64,000 nt of DNA, taken from positions 2,816,001 through 2,880,000 of the forward strand of contig OZ244799.1 of assembly GCA_965219955.1 (NCBI GenBank). The letters run 5' to 3'. A program made the position numbers and the translations under genes. The notes beneath the pieces are model-generated. The model searched no databases, had not been told where the DNA came from, and worked only from the letters and a program-made list of their open reading frames with translations. This DNA comes from a bacterium. GTDB lineage: Bacteria > UBA8248. How positions within the stretch are numbered: the first letter of the stretch is position 1; each line of letters begins with the position of its first letter. Below are positions 38,555 through 49,569 of this stretch, one piece after another.

Positions 38555-38935
38555 ATGAAGAAGCGAATCTGCGCTGGCGTTGCGTTCATGTTCTTCGTAT
38601 CGGGGTGCGCGGGCTCGGGGCCGAACCCGGTGGCGCGCTACACGCCTGCGGATGAAAAACGGAACTGCGCGTCGCTCAAGGCGGAAATCAAGGCCAACAA
38701 AAAGGACATCGCGAAAAAGACGGCCGAGCGAACGAACAAGACGAACAAAAACCTCATCCTCGGCGCTGCAGGCGTGTTCTTCATCACGCCGTGGCTTCAC
38801 ATGGATTTGAAGGGCAAGGAGGCGGGCGAGACAGAAGCCCTCGAGCGGCGGAACGCCGCACTCCGCCGGATCGCCGCCGTGAAGGGCTGCAACGCGCCGC
38901 TTCCGATCGTCACGCATCAGAGAAAGAAATCGTAG
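38555..38935 (+). CDS. Hypothetical lipoprotein
   Basis: Lipobox VSGC; D...NC..L..EI motif and terminal KGC. Confidence 0.7.
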   Translation: MKKRICAGVAFMFFVSGCAGSGPNPVARYTPADEKRNCASLKAEIKANKKDIAKKTAERTNKTNKNLILGAAGVFFITPWLHMDLKGKEAGETEALERRNAALRRIAAVKGCNAPLPIVTHQRKKS

Positions 38936-38995
38936 GAGCGGTTCACGAACCGCCCCTACAGGAGAATCGCCTCGCCGTCGCCCATTGGAAGCGCC

Positions 38996-39847
38996 TTGCC
39001 GAAAAGACGCACGAGAGATCTTCTCGTCAAATCCCTGCTCATCGCCGTCTCGATGTTTTGCGCGGCAAGCGTCCCTCTCGCTGACGCCAGGGAATGCTCA
39101 TACGGCCCCTACACGGGGCGCTGCCGCGACATCGGGCTCATGCGCTCGCTCAAGCGCGACGGCGAAAAACGCGTCTCCGCGCGCTCGGTGCTTTGGGTGG
39201 AGGCGGGCTATCTCTCGGCTGATGAGGCGGGCGAATTGCAGCAAAAGATCGACGCCGGCATCGAGGCCGTCGAGAATTTTCTGGGCCTTCCGTTCTCACG
39301 CGAGGCCTACGGGCAGGAGAAAATCGAGTTCTTCGTCCACAGCCGGCGCGCGCCGTCACACACCATCACGGGCTACAGCCCGCGGAAATACATGCACCCG
39401 GTGGTGTTCCTCTCTTTCGCCAAGGGAAAGCGAACGCCCTATCTTCACGAAATCGTCCACATCATCGCGTGGGACTGGAACACGCTGTGGCTCAAGGAGG
39501 GCCTGGCCGTTCACCTGAACGACCGCCTGGGTGGCTACGCCGCGTTTCCCAATTTCGGCGAATCGGTGGATGACTTCGCGGGCCGCGTGCTGAGGCGCGA
39601 GTTCCCGCCCGCCATGGAGGCGCTCGACCTCGTGGGCGAGAACGGCATCCCCAGATTCGGGGACAGGCGCGTGCGGCGGATGTTCTACATCCTCTCGGGC
39701 TCCTACACCGGCTATCTCCTGCGCGAGTGGGGGGTCGAGAAACTCATGCGAATCTATTCCGCAAAAGACACTGAAGCCGCGATTCAACAAGAGACGGGAA
39801 AACCCGGCTGGCGGTGGAAGGAGGCGTGGCTGGGCGGGGTGAAATAG
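38996..39847 (+). CDS. Secreted gluzincin-like (peptidase MA/M1-like) protein
   Basis: Signal peptide; HEIVH followed by WLKEGLA. Confidence 0.65.
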   Translation: MPKRRTRDLLVKSLLIAVSMFCAASVPLADARECSYGPYTGRCRDIGLMRSLKRDGEKRVSARSVLWVEAGYLSADEAGELQQKIDAGIEAVENFLGLPFSREAYGQEKIEFFVHSRRAPSHTITGYSPRKYMHPVVFLSFAKGKRTPYLHEIVHIIAWDWNTLWLKEGLAVHLNDRLGGYAAFPNFGESVDDFAGRVLRREFPPAMEALDLVGENGIPRFGDRRVRRMFYILSGSYTGYLLREWGVEKLMRIYSAKDTEAAIQQETGKPGWRWKEAWLGGVK

Positions 39848-39884
39848 ATCAATCCTGAGTGTTGAGAGAGGGATTGCGAATTTG

Positions 39885-39919
39885 AAAAAAGAAAAGCCCC
39901 TCGGGTTTCCCCGAGGGGC
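39885..39919 (-). terminator. Rho-independent terminator
   Basis: GCCCCTCGGG/CCCGAGGGGC stem with a minus-strand U-rich tail, between convergent genes. Confidence 0.8.
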
Positions 39920-39991
39920 GTAGTTTCGTTTCAGGCTTGCTTCCTAGAAGCCGGGATCCTCGTCGTGTGTGTGGAACATCGTTTGGTCTCC

Positions 39992-40564
39992 TTAGTAGAG
40001 TTGATGGCCTCTCGCTTTCGCGGTGGCGAGCTCGACATTGAGCAGTTCTATTCTCTCTTTCGTCGCGTCCCTGGCCGCACTCAAGCTCTTCATCATCTTG
40101 CACGCTCTCAAATAAATGGCGATTGCTGCGACGACCGCTATCGTCATCGGAGAAATCAGAACCATGTGCGCGGCCATGATTTTCGATATTTCACTTCTGA
40201 ACGCATAAATCCTGTTTCTCGTCTCTTCGTTTTCGATGCGCTCGGTCTGCTCCTTCCATACGGCATAGCTGTTCGCTATTTGTGAACCCCCGAAGCTCAC
40301 CATGCTCATAATGATTCTCCAGATCGTGACGCGGTGCCCATACCGAAGCAAAGCAATGATGGTCAGCCTGAGGTTGGTATATGCCGGGTGAGTGAACTCT
40401 ATGCCTCCCGCGTTCGCGTATTCAAACAGTTCATCTCTGAGCTTGAACAGCCTTTGCCTGAAATAATCGACGCGATAAGGAATCCAGAACTGATACCAAA
40501 TCAGCCAAGCAATGAACAAAACGAGACAAAACCTCAGGACATGAAAAGCGTCTACCCCTATCAT
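39992..40564 (-). CDS. Hypothetical membrane protein (low GC)
   Basis: 190-aa ORF with 2-3 hydrophobic segments. Confidence 0.65.
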   Translation of the reverse strand: MIGVDAFHVLRFCLVLFIAWLIWYQFWIPYRVDYFRQRLFKLRDELFEYANAGGIEFTHPAYTNLRLTIIALLRYGHRVTIWRIIMSMVSFGGSQIANSYAVWKEQTERIENEETRNRIYAFRSEISKIMAAHMVLISPMTIAVVAAIAIYLRACKMMKSLSAARDATKERIELLNVELATAKARGHQLY

Positions 40565-40568
40565 TCGA

Positions 40569-40970
40569 CTAATCCTCCGGCCTGGAGCAGCCTTGACGAG
40601 TGAGGCGGCTGGAACTGCGGTTCGGATCTATCAGTTTCTCATACCTTTCACGAATGTCATGAAATTGCTCTATCGTTTTTCTTCTGAGGGACCTCTCAAA
40701 CCGCCATCCCATAAGAGCGATGAGCAACGCAATAAGCAGGAAACTTTCCAGCTTTCCCGAAACGACGCGGGCTATCGCCTTGATTCCAATTTCAAGTATC
40801 GTCGATTTTCCCGCAATGGAATCTATCGCAAGGTAAGCAAACCAGACAATGATGGTCAAAAACACCCATTTTAGTTGGGATATCGCATGGTGCCATATAT
40901 CGAGTTTTCGATTTTGGATGAGGAAATCACGTTGTTCCAGACGCTCACGAGGTGTCGGCCGTTCACTCAT
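40569..40970 (-). CDS. Hypothetical 2-TM membrane protein (low GC)
   Basis: Two TM segments and a C-terminal IDPNRSSS.LT..G motif. Start uncertain. Confidence 0.65.
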   Translation of the reverse strand: MSERPTPRERLEQRDFLIQNRKLDIWHHAISQLKWVFLTIIVWFAYLAIDSIAGKSTILEIGIKAIARVVSGKLESFLLIALLIALMGWRFERSLRRKTIEQFHDIRERYEKLIDPNRSSSRLTRQGCSRPED

Positions 40971-41096
40971 AAGTTTTCCCGGTGACGTGTTATCCTCGTG
41001 GCTTAATATTCTTAGAGCATCTGCTGAATACATGCAACTCGCTCTGGCAAAAGCGATGTCTCTCCTCTTCAATCGAAAGCGCAAACCCGCCCATCC

Positions 41097-41489
41097 TTAT
41101 CCGAAATCGCTCTCCCTCATGCCGCCGAATTTCCATTCGAGGTCGTGGGGGAAATCCTCCGTCATCTTCTCGACGTAGGCGAGCACGTCCTCGCGGCGGA
41201 AGCGCGCGCTCTTGAAGGAGGGGTGGCCTTCGGGCTGCCTCGCGCCCGCGCGCGGGGGCGGGCGGCGCAGGTATACGGGCCGGAGGCAGGGCGCGTCGCT
41301 CGCGCAGTCCTCGGCGATGATGGCGTCGAGCGTGCGGTAGCTCTTGTAACCGAGCACCCTGGCGAGCATCGGCTTGGTGAGAAACGCCTCTTCCTCGAGA
41401 ATGCGGCGCGGCGTCCTGGGATCGAGCGGGGCGTGTTTCGTTCTTCTCTGCCGCCTTTTGCTCCCTCGGATATTCTTCGGGGGCGGCAT
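41097..41489 (-). CDS. Putative excisionase/AlpA-like DNA-binding protein
   Basis: FLTKPMLARVLGYKSYRTL...ARFRREDVLAYV pattern. Confidence 0.5.
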   Translation of the reverse strand: MPPPKNIRGSKRRQRRTKHAPLDPRTPRRILEEEAFLTKPMLARVLGYKSYRTLDAIIAEDCASDAPCLRPVYLRRPPPRAGARQPEGHPSFKSARFRREDVLAYVEKMTEDFPHDLEWKFGGMRESDFG

Positions 41490-41734
41490 CAGGAAAGCGC
41501 CTCGGCGAGCGGGCGGAGGACCAGGTCGCGACGGCGGGTTTTCCGCATCCTGACGAGGGCGTCGGCGCGGGCGCGGGCGGACCTTATCGTCGGGAAGATG
41601 AGGCTCACGCGCTTCTCTCGGGTGCGGTCGCGGTAGACGAGCAGGGCGGCTTCTTCGGGCAGGCCGAAGCCCTCATCCACGAGGTCCGAGAGCGTGCGCT
41701 CATGGGTTCCGATGAAAGAAGCGGTTTCGTTCAC
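41489..41734 (-). CDS. Hypothetical phage-like protein
   Basis: GGAGG RBS before GTG; TGATG-coupled to the next gene. Confidence 0.5.
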   Translation of the reverse strand: MNETASFIGTHERTLSDLVDEGFGLPEEAALLVYRDRTREKRVSLIFPTIRSARARADALVRMRKTRRRDLVLRPLAEALS

Positions 41735-42070
41735 GACGTCCCTCCCGGGCGCAGATGCGGCGCGCCTCCGAGGCGGCGTAATAAAGACCCGGATGACCCG
41801 CGCGGTCTTGAAGGTGCGTTGGTTTCGGAGGGGGGCGCCCCGCGGGCGGTTCGAGGCGCCGTGTTCGGTGGGGAAAAAGGTGGGATTTCGCGGGACGGAT
41901 CATCCGGGCAAGGCGAATTTCCGAAAAATTCGATAAATTTAGATAAATTGGCGGGGTTTTTCGATAAATTCATGGAATTTCCTTTTTTCATCATAATCAA
42001 TTCAATATCAACCAGATAACACGTTGATCCGCCTGTGCGTGATATTCTTATTCACATATCAGGCAACGGC

Positions 42071-42099
42071 AATATATCTATATATAACTATTATGTCAA
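42071..42099 (-). promoter_or_regulatory. Sigma70-type promoter TTGACA-17bp-TATATT facing the prophage relic
   Basis: -35 at 42094-42099, -10 at 42071-42076. Confidence 0.7.
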
Positions 42100-42179
42100 G
42101 AAAAATATCCAGAAATATCTAGGAAGGGGATAGAGGTGTGCAAGTCGTTGATAAAAGAGGAGATACGGAGAGGTTGGCG

Positions 42180-43064
42180 TTAGTCGAGCTCTCTGCCCAA
42201 AAGCTCGATGAAGCGCTTCACGCCGCCGTGGAGCGGCTTGTCGCGCCTGTAGACAAGGCCCAAAGGCCGGATGATGCGCTCGCCCTCGAAGGGCAAAACC
42301 GCCAGCGTGTTCATGGCCCGCTCGTTGTGAACGGCCGAACCAGGGAGAATGCTCACCCAGGTGTCGATGAAGAGCGCCTCCTTGATGCTCTCCACGTTGT
42401 CGAACTCCATGACGACGTCCACCCTCACACCAGCCTTGCGCAAGACCCTGTCGATCGCGCTGCGGATGGGGAGGTCGCCATCGAACGCCACGAACGGCTC
42501 GCTCGCCAGGTCGGAGAGCCTCACCGCGTGGCGAAAGGCGAGTTGATGCCCCGGATGAGAGACGAAGAACATGGGCTCTTCCTTGAAGGGCACGACACGG
42601 AGCGCCTTCTCCCGCGGGGGATAGGAGAGAACCCCGACGTCGGCCGTATCGTCCAGAACGGATTGCACCACCTTCTCAGGGTGGAGGCATTCGAGACGAA
42701 CCCGCGCCTGGGGATACAGCGAGCGGAAACGCTGCATGTAAGCGCCCATCTGATGAAGCCCCACCGAGTAGATAGCCGCGACGTGCACCTCGCCGTGCAC
42801 CTCGCCGATGCCGTGTGATATTTCCGCACAAACCTGATCGAATTCCCCCAGAAGTTTCCGGCACGCCTCATAGAAACGAGCGCCTTCTTCGGTGATGCCG
42901 AATGGCCGCTTGCTTCTGTCGAGCAACTCGACGCTCAAATCCCCCTCAAGCTGGCGAAGCGCCTGACTCGCCGCGGACTGGGTCACCCCGCTTTGAGCGG
43001 CCCCCTTGGAAAAACTCCTCTCCTGGATGATTCGGCAATAGAGCCTCAAGGATTCGATGTTCAT
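42180..43064 (-). CDS. LysR-family transcriptional regulator, divergent from gltB (GltC-like position)
   Basis: SFSKGA...TQSAASQALRQLE..L...LLDR HTH plus substrate-binding domain. Confidence 0.93.
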   Translation of the reverse strand: MNIESLRLYCRIIQERSFSKGAAQSGVTQSAASQALRQLEGDLSVELLDRSKRPFGITEEGARFYEACRKLLGEFDQVCAEISHGIGEVHGEVHVAAIYSVGLHQMGAYMQRFRSLYPQARVRLECLHPEKVVQSVLDDTADVGVLSYPPREKALRVVPFKEEPMFFVSHPGHQLAFRHAVRLSDLASEPFVAFDGDLPIRSAIDRVLRKAGVRVDVVMEFDNVESIKEALFIDTWVSILPGSAVHNERAMNTLAVLPFEGERIIRPLGLVYRRDKPLHGGVKRFIELLGRELD

Positions 43065-43117
43065 GAGAAAAGGGTATAATATAAATATCTCTAATGCAAT
43101 ACATTAAATATTTTAGT

Positions 43118-43146
43118 TTGTCTTATTTTTCAGGGCATGTTATACT
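43118..43146 (+). promoter_or_regulatory. Putative gltB promoter TTGTCT-17bp-TATACT, with an AT-rich LysR-box-like region upstream
   Basis: Consensus-like hexamers at 17-bp spacing in the divergent intergenic region. Confidence 0.55.
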
Positions 43147-43267
43147 TGAAGTCCGTTTCATGGAAATCATCACGCGATGTCCATAAGACGTATTCAGGAA
43201 TTCCCCGTGAAATGGGCAAACGGGGAATTACCCGAGAAACTCTCTTAGAAAGAAAGCTGGTGAAGCA

Positions 43268-46200
43268 ATGAGAAAACCCTTACAAAAACAGGGTCTGTAT
43301 GATCCTGCCTTCGAACACGACGCATGCGGCGTGGCCTTCGTCGTGGACATCAAGGGGCGCAAGTCCCATGACATCATCGAAAAAGCCCTCACCATCCTGC
43401 GCAATCTCGCCCACCGGGGCGCCACGGGTTCTGAAATCAACACGGGCGACGGTGCGGGGGTTTTGATGCAGATACCCGACAAATTCCTGCGCAAGACATG
43501 CGAAGCGGAAAAAATCAAAATCCCGGCGGAGGGCCGCTACGGGGTGGGTTCGGTGTTTCTCCCCAAATCCCCGAGCCAGGTGAACGAATGCGAACAGATA
43601 TTCGAGTCCATCGTCTACGAGGAAGGCGCCGACGTTCTCGGCTGGAGGCCGGTGCCGAACGACTTCTCCTCGCTCGGCTCCACAGCCCTCGAAGCCGCAC
43701 CGCAATTGCGCCAGGTTTTCATCGGTGGATTCGATGAATCCCTCGACTCCATGGGGATTGAACGCAGGCTCTTCGTGATCAGAAAGCGCGTGGAACACGC
43801 GATTCGCGAGTCGGACATCCGAGACAGGGACGAGTTCTTCATTCCCTCGCTCTCGGCGCGCACGCTGGTCTACAAGGGGATGCTGACCGCGAAACAACTC
43901 GAGAAAGTTTACCCCGATCTCAAGGACCCGGACATGGAGTCGGGCCTGGTGCTGATTCACTCGCGATTCTCCACCAACACGTTCCCCTCCTGGCCCCTGG
44001 CGCACCCGTATCGCTACCTCGCCCACAATGGCGAGATAAACACCCTGCGAGGCAACATCAACTGGATGCGGGCCAGAGAAGCGCTGTGCGAATCCCCTCA
44101 CCTGCCTGATCTGGAGAAAATCCTGCCCATCATCGTCGAGGGCGGCAGCGATTCGGCGATCTTCGACAACGTGCTGGAGTTCCTCTACATGGCCGGCCGG
44201 GAAATGGCCCATGCCGTGTTGATGATGATTCCTGAGCCCTGGGAAGGCCATGAATCCATGAGCGAGGAGCGAAAAGCCTTCTACGAGTTTCACGCCAGCC
44301 TGATGGAGCCGTGGGACGGGCCCGCCTGCATCACTTTCACTGACGGCTCGGTCATCGGCGCCGCATTGGACAGAAACGGCCTGCGGCCTGCCAGATACTA
44401 TGTCACACATGACGATCTGCTCGTCATGGCGTCCGAGGTGGGCGTTCTCGACATCCCGCCCGAGAACGTGAAAATCAAAGAACGCCTCCATCCGGGGCGC
44501 ATCCTGCTCGTGGACACCGAAGAGGGCCGCATCGTCGATGATGAGGAAATCAAATCGCGCTACGCCTCCGAGCATCCATACAGGGAATGGCTGGACGAGC
44601 ATCTGCTGCATCTCGACAAGCTGCCCGACGCTCCGCAGCTTCCCGAATCGGATCATCAGAGCATCCTCGAAAGACAAAAAGTATTCGGCTATACGCAGGA
44701 GGATTTAAGGTTTTTCATCGGCCCGATGGTGAACCTGAAAAACGACCCCACGGGATCGATGGGCAACGACGCGGCTCTCGCCGTTCTCTCGAATCGCCCG
44801 CGTATTCTCTACGATTATTTCAAACAGCTCTTCGCCCAGGTGACGAACCCTCCCATCGACGCCATACGCGAGGAAATCATCACGCAGGTATCCGCTACTA
44901 TCGGGCCGGAGAGGAACCTGCTCGCGCCAGAGCCGGATTCCTGCCAGCAAGTGAGGCTCGACTCCCCCATCCTGGGCAACGAGGATTTCTACAAGCTCGC
45001 CCACATCCGGCAGCCGGGCCTCAAGGCGGTCACCCTGCCCATCCTCTTCCGGGCCGAGGACGGCCCGGCCGGCCTCAAGCAGGCGATGGACGATTTGTGC
45101 AGAAAGGCCAGCCGCGCCATCGAACAGGGCTACAGCTTCATCGTCTTATCGGATCGCGGCGTGTCGAAAAACTACGCCCCCATCCCCGCGCTTCTGGCCA
45201 CCGCCGGCGTCCATCACCATCTGGTACGGCAGGGAACGCGGACGCGCATCGGGCTACTCCTCGAAACAGGGGAAGCGCGCCAGGTGCATCACATGTGCCT
45301 GTTGCTCGGCTTCGGCGCCGAGGCCGTCAACCCGTATCTCGTCTTCGAGACCATCGACGACATGATCAGAAACGGGCTTCTCGAGAACATCGAGCCCGAC
45401 GCGGCCCGGAAGAACTACATTACCGCGCTCAACAAGGGCATCCTCAAGGTGATGTCGAAGATGGGTATTTCCACCATCCAGTCGTATCGCGGGGCGCAGA
45501 TATTCGAGGCCATCGGCTTGAAGCGCGACTTCGTGAAGAAATATTTCACCTGGACGGCCTCGCGCATCGGCGGAATCGGCATCGACGTCGTGGCCGAAGA
45601 AACCTTGAAGCGCCTCAGGAACGCCTACCCCGAAAGGCCCGTGGGCTCCCAGGAACTCGAAGGCGGCGGAGACATCCAGTGGCGCAGGGACGGGGAATTC
45701 CACCTGTTCAACCCCGAGACCGTCTTCAAGCTCCAGCACTCCACGATGTCGGGGCGGTATGAGATTTTCAAGGAATACACCGACAAGGTCGACAACCAGA
45801 ACAAGCATCTGGCCACGCTGCGCGGGCTTCTGGACTTCCATTGGGCGGAAACACCCGTTCCCATCGAAGAGGTGGAACCGGTAGAGGAGATCATGAGGCG
45901 CTTCAGCACGGGCGGCATGTCCTACGGCGCTTTGAGTTCAGAAGCCCACGAGGCGCTTGCCATCGCCCTGAACCGCATCGGCGGCAAGTCCAACTCGGGC
46001 GAAGGCGGGGAGGACGCCGACCGCTACACGCCCGACGAGAACGGCGACTTCCGGCGAAGTGCGGTCCACCAGGTGGCGTCGGGACGCTTTGGCGTGACGA
46101 GCGAGTATCTGGTCAACTGCACCGATCTGCAGATCAAGATGGCCCAGGGCGCCAAGCCCGGGGAGGGGGGACAACTCCCCGGCTACAAGGTCTACCCGTG

Positions 46201-47824
46201 GATCGCCAAGACGAGGCACTCCACCCCTGGGGTGGGTCTTATCTCCCCGCCGCCGCACCACGACATCTACTCGATCGAGGACCTGGCGCAGTTAATCTAT
46301 GATCTCAAGAACTCGAACCCCCGGGCGGACGTTCACGTGAAGCTCGTCTCGGAAGTCGGCGTCGGCACCGTGGCGGCAGGCGTCTCGAAAGCCCATGCCG
46401 ACACCATCCTCATTTCGGGCCACGACGGCGGAACGGGCGCCTCCCCCATCACGAGCATCCTCCACGCGGGCACCCCGTGGGAGTTGGGACTGGCAGAAAC
46501 GCAGCAGGTCCTCGTGCTCAACAGGCTGCGCGACCGGGTGGCCGTCCAGGTGGACGGGCAGATGAAGACCGGGCGCGACGTGATCATAGGCGCTCTTTTA
46601 GGGGCTGATGAATACGGTTTTTCCACCGCGCCACTCGTGGTGATGGGCTGCATCATGATGCGCGTGTGCCACCTGAACACCTGCCCCGTCGGCGTCGCCT
46701 CCCAGGACCCGAAACTCAGGGAGAAATTCGACGGGAAGCCTGAGTTCGTAGAGAACTTCTTCCGCTTCATCGCCGACGAGGTGCGCGAATACATGGCCAG
46801 GCTCGGCTTCCGCACGATGGAGGAAATGATCGGGCACGTGGACAGGCTCGACACCAAAAAGGCGGTGAACCACTGGAAGGCGAAGGGCCTTGATTTCTCG
46901 GCTATCCTCCATAAGCCCGACGCCGGCCCCGACGCGGCGATCCGCCAAACCACCAAGCAGAATCACGGCCTCGAACGCTCGCTCGACATGCGGGAGTTGC
47001 TGCCCCGGTGCCAGGATGCGATCGAGAACAAGACGCCGGTCGCTTTCGAGCTTCCCATCCGCAACACGCACCGGACGGTAGGCACCATCACGGGTTCCGA
47101 GATAACGCGCAAGCACGGCGGAGAAGGACTGCCGGAAGACACCATCCGCATTCACTTCACCGGCTCCGCCGGGCAGAGCTTCGGCGCTTTCATCCCGAAG
47201 GGAATGACCCTCTCGCTCGAGGGCGACGCCAACGATTATATGGGCAAAGGACTCTCGGGCGGGAAACTGATCGCCTCCCCCCCAAAGGGGGCGGGCTTCG
47301 TGCCCGAGGAGAACATCATCATCGGTAACGTGGCGCTCTTCGGGGCCACCTCGGGAGAAGCGTATTTCCGGGGCGTGGCCGGTGAACGGTTCTGCGTGAG
47401 AAACAGCGGCGCGCACACGGTGGTGGAGGGCGTGGGTGACCACGGCTGTGAATACATGACGGGCGGCCGCGTCGTCATCCTGGGCAAGACCGGCCGGAAC
47501 TTCGCCGCGGGCATGTCGGGCGGCGTCGCCTACGTGCTCGATGAGGCCGGCGATTTCGCCAGGCTCTGCAACACGGAATTGGTGGACATCGAGCCGCTGC
47601 AGGCGCCCGACGACGTAGAGGAAGTCAAGGACCTCATCAAGAAACACATCGAATATACGGACAGTGCGCGGGCCAGGGAGATTCTCGACGCCTGGGATGC
47701 ACACCAGCCGCGATTCGCCAAGGTGATGCCCCGCGACTACAAGCGCGCGCTCACCGCGATGGAAGAGGCCAAAGAAAAAGGCATCCCGTGGGAGGAAGCC
47801 GTGATGGAGGGCGCCCATGGGTAA
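43268..47824 (+). CDS. gltB: Glutamate synthase large subunit
   Basis: EHDACGV amidotransferase start, [35 protein letters not shown] repeats. Confidence 0.98.
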   Translation: MRKPLQKQGLYDPAFEHDACGVAFVVDIKGRKSHDIIEKALTILRNLAHRGATGSEINTGDGAGVLMQIPDKFLRKTCEAEKIKIPAEGRYGVGSVFLPKSPSQVNECEQIFESIVYEEGADVLGWRPVPNDFSSLGSTALEAAPQLRQVFIGGFDESLDSMGIERRLFVIRKRVEHAIRESDIRDRDEFFIPSLSARTLVYKGMLTAKQLEKVYPDLKDPDMESGLVLIHSRFSTNTFPSWPLAHPYRYLAHNGEINTLRGNINWMRAREALCESPHLPDLEKILPIIVEGGSDSAIFDNVLEFLYMAGREMAHAVLMMIPEPWEGHESMSEERKAFYEFHASLMEPWDGPACITFTDGSVIGAALDRNGLRPARYYVTHDDLLVMASEVGVLDIPPENVKIKERLHPGRILLVDTEEGRIVDDEEIKSRYASEHPYREWLDEHLLHLDKLPDAPQLPESDHQSILERQKVFGYTQEDLRFFIGPMVNLKNDPTGSMGNDAALAVLSNRPRILYDYFKQLFAQVTNPPIDAIREEIITQVSATIGPERNLLAPEPDSCQQVRLDSPILGNEDFYKLAHIRQPGLKAVTLPILFRAEDGPAGLKQAMDDLCRKASRAIEQGYSFIVLSDRGVSKNYAPIPALLATAGVHHHLVRQGTRTRIGLLLETGEARQVHHMCLLLGFGAEAVNPYLVFETIDDMIRNGLLENIEPDAARKNYITALNKGILKVMSKMGISTIQSYRGAQIFEAIGLKRDFVKKYFTWTASRIGGIGIDVVAEETLKRLRNAYPERPVGSQELEGGGDIQWRRDGEFHLFNPETVFKLQHSTMSGRYEIFKEYTDKVDNQNKHLATLRGLLDFHWAETPVPIEEVEPVEEIMRRFSTGGMSYGALSSEAHEALAIALNRIGGKSNSGEGGEDADRYTPDENGDFRRSAVHQVASGRFGVTSEYLVNCTDLQIKMAQGAKPGEGGQLPGYKVYPWIAKTRHSTPGVGLISPPPHHDIYSIEDLAQLIYDLKNSNPRADVHVKLVSEVGVGTVAAGVSKAHADTILISGHDGGTGASPITSILHAGTPWELGLAETQQVLVLNRLRDRVAVQVDGQMKTGRDVIIGALLGADEYGFSTAPLVVMGCIMMRVCHLNTCPVGVASQDPKLREKFDGKPEFVENFFRFIADEVREYMARLGFRTMEEMIGHVDRLDTKKAVNHWKAKGLDFSAILHKPDAGPDAAIRQTTKQNHGLERSLDMRELLPRCQDAIENKTPVAFELPIRNTHRTVGTITGSEITRKHGGEGLPEDTIRIHFTGSAGQSFGAFIPKGMTLSLEGDANDYMGKGLSGGKLIASPPKGAGFVPEENIIIGNVALFGATSGEAYFRGVAGERFCVRNSGAHTVVEGVGDHGCEYMTGGRVVILGKTGRNFAAGMSGGVAYVLDEAGDFARLCNTELVDIEPLQAPDDVEEVKDLIKKHIEYTDSARAREILDAWDAHQPRFAKVMPRDYKRALTAMEEAKEKGIPWEEAVMEGAHG

Positions 47825-49268
47825 GCCGACGGGATTTGTGGAATTCGGAAGGGAAGTGCCCAGGACGAGGCCCGTGGAAGAGCGCGTCCACGACTGGGAC
47901 GTCGTCTATCTGCCCACGCCGCACGAGACGCTGAAACAACAAGGCGCGCGGTGTATGGACTGCGGCATTCCCTTCTGTCATCAGGGATGCCCGCTGGGAA
48001 ACCTGATCCCCGACTGGAACGATCTGGTCTATCGCGACTTGTGGAAAGACGCCATCGAGCGGCTCCACGCGACGAACAATTTCCCCGAATTCACGGGCTG
48101 GCTCTGTCCGGCGCCGTGCGAAGACTCGTGCGTTCTCACGATCAACGACTCTCCGGTGACGATCAAGGAGATCGAAAAATCCCTCATCGAGCATGCCTAC
48201 GAGCAGGGCTGGGTGAAGGCGACACCGCCTGCAGTGCGCACCGGCAAGAAAGCCGCGGTCGTGGGTTCGGGCCCGGCGGGTCTGGCCGCCGCCCAGCAGC
48301 TCAACTGGGCGGGGCACCACGTCACCGTGTTCGAGCGCGACGACAAGCTCGGCGGGCTCATGCGCTACGGGATACCGGACTTCAAGATGGACAAGACCTA
48401 TATCGACCGCCGCACGCAGCAGATGGAAGAAGAAGGCGTGACGTTCCGCGTGAACGCGAACGTGGGCGTCGACCCCAAGGTATCCGAACTACAGGAAGAA
48501 TTCGACGCCATCGTACTGGCCGCAGGCGCTCTGCAACACAGGGATTTGCAGATTCCGGGCCGCGAGATGGACGGCATCCACTTCGGCATGCGCTACCTCA
48601 CCATGCAGAACCGCAGGCTCGCGGGAGAGGAAATACCGGATGAGGAATTCATTACCGCGAAGGATAAGCACGTGGTCGTCATCGGCGGCGGCGATACGGG
48701 CGCCGACTGCGTGGGCACCGCGCACAGGCAGGGAGCGAAATCCGTCCGGCAGTTCCAGTACCATCCGCGCCCGCCGGACAAGCGGGACCCGCTGAACGAC
48801 CCCTGGCCGAACTACGCGAACATCTTCCGCACCGCGCCCATGTACGAAGAGGGCGGGGAGCGTATCTTCCAGATTCAGACCCGCCGGTTCCTGGGCGAAA
48901 ACGGCCAAGTCAAGAAAATCGACACCGTAAAGGTGAACGAATCCCACGATGAGGGCGGAAGAGTCATCTTCACCGAGATTCCGGGCACGGAAGAGGGAAT
49001 CGACGCAGACCTCGTCCTCCTGGCGATCGGCTTCCAGGGTCCCGACTGCCACCCGTTGCTCGATGAACTGGCGCTCGAGCGCACCGGGCGCGGCGCGGTG
49101 AGCCGCGATGACAAGTGGATGACGAACGCGCCCGGCGTCTTCGTGGCGGGTGACATGATGCGCGGCGCATCCCTCGTGGTGTGGGCGATTGCCGACGGCC
49201 GTTCCTGCGCCCGCGCCGTGGATGAATACCTGATGGGAGAATCCCAACTCCCCGCCCCGCTGGATTAG
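47817..49268 (+). CDS. gltD: Glutamate synthase small subunit
   Basis: [39 protein letters not shown]. Confidence 0.97.
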   Translation: MGKPTGFVEFGREVPRTRPVEERVHDWDVVYLPTPHETLKQQGARCMDCGIPFCHQGCPLGNLIPDWNDLVYRDLWKDAIERLHATNNFPEFTGWLCPAPCEDSCVLTINDSPVTIKEIEKSLIEHAYEQGWVKATPPAVRTGKKAAVVGSGPAGLAAAQQLNWAGHHVTVFERDDKLGGLMRYGIPDFKMDKTYIDRRTQQMEEEGVTFRVNANVGVDPKVSELQEEFDAIVLAAGALQHRDLQIPGREMDGIHFGMRYLTMQNRRLAGEEIPDEEFITAKDKHVVVIGGGDTGADCVGTAHRQGAKSVRQFQYHPRPPDKRDPLNDPWPNYANIFRTAPMYEEGGERIFQIQTRRFLGENGQVKKIDTVKVNESHDEGGRVIFTEIPGTEEGIDADLVLLAIGFQGPDCHPLLDELALERTGRGAVSRDDKWMTNAPGVFVAGDMMRGASLVVWAIADGRSCARAVDEYLMGESQLPAPLD

Positions 49269-49279
49269 GGGACGTGTTC

Positions 49280-49526
49280 AGGGTCTGTTGAAAAACCCCA
49301 GCAGGCGCGACCCCCCGCAAACCGCCAACGTCTCTTTCCTCACCCTGAGTAGCCGCCGCAGGTAAAACGTGACTGAGAAAGGAGTGTTTGTATCGAAGGG
49401 CGAGGAGAGTCGAACGGCCTCGCGCCGGGGTGAGAGCAAACGCTCATTCATCAATCACGTTTGGCCTTCGATACGGTGCTTACGCGCCTGCTCAGGATGA
49501 GGCAGAGAGGGCTTTTTCAAAACCCC
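49280..49526. mobile_element. Composite TIR-shell element with CCTCACCCTGAG-family cargo
   Basis: AGGGTCTGTTGAAAAAC ... CTTTTTCAAAACCCC. Confidence 0.55.
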
Positions 49527-49569
49527 ATTCACACACCCCTTTGAATCTCCAGTCGCACGCAGAAACGCC

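Larger units (their letters stand above)
34485..42100 (-). mobile_element. Mu-like prophage relic with inserted opposite-strand genes
   Basis: Co-oriented HTH, endolysin, 3TM holin, gp26-like and DUF3486 genes; no transposase, terminase large subunit, capsid or tail genes in the window. Boundaries approximate. Confidence 0.6.

Noticed and set aside
42074-42101. dif-like site (TTATGTCAA XerD-like arm)
   Set aside because: No plausible XerC arm at 6-bp spacing. The same bases form a TTGACA-17-TATATT promoter on the minus strand.
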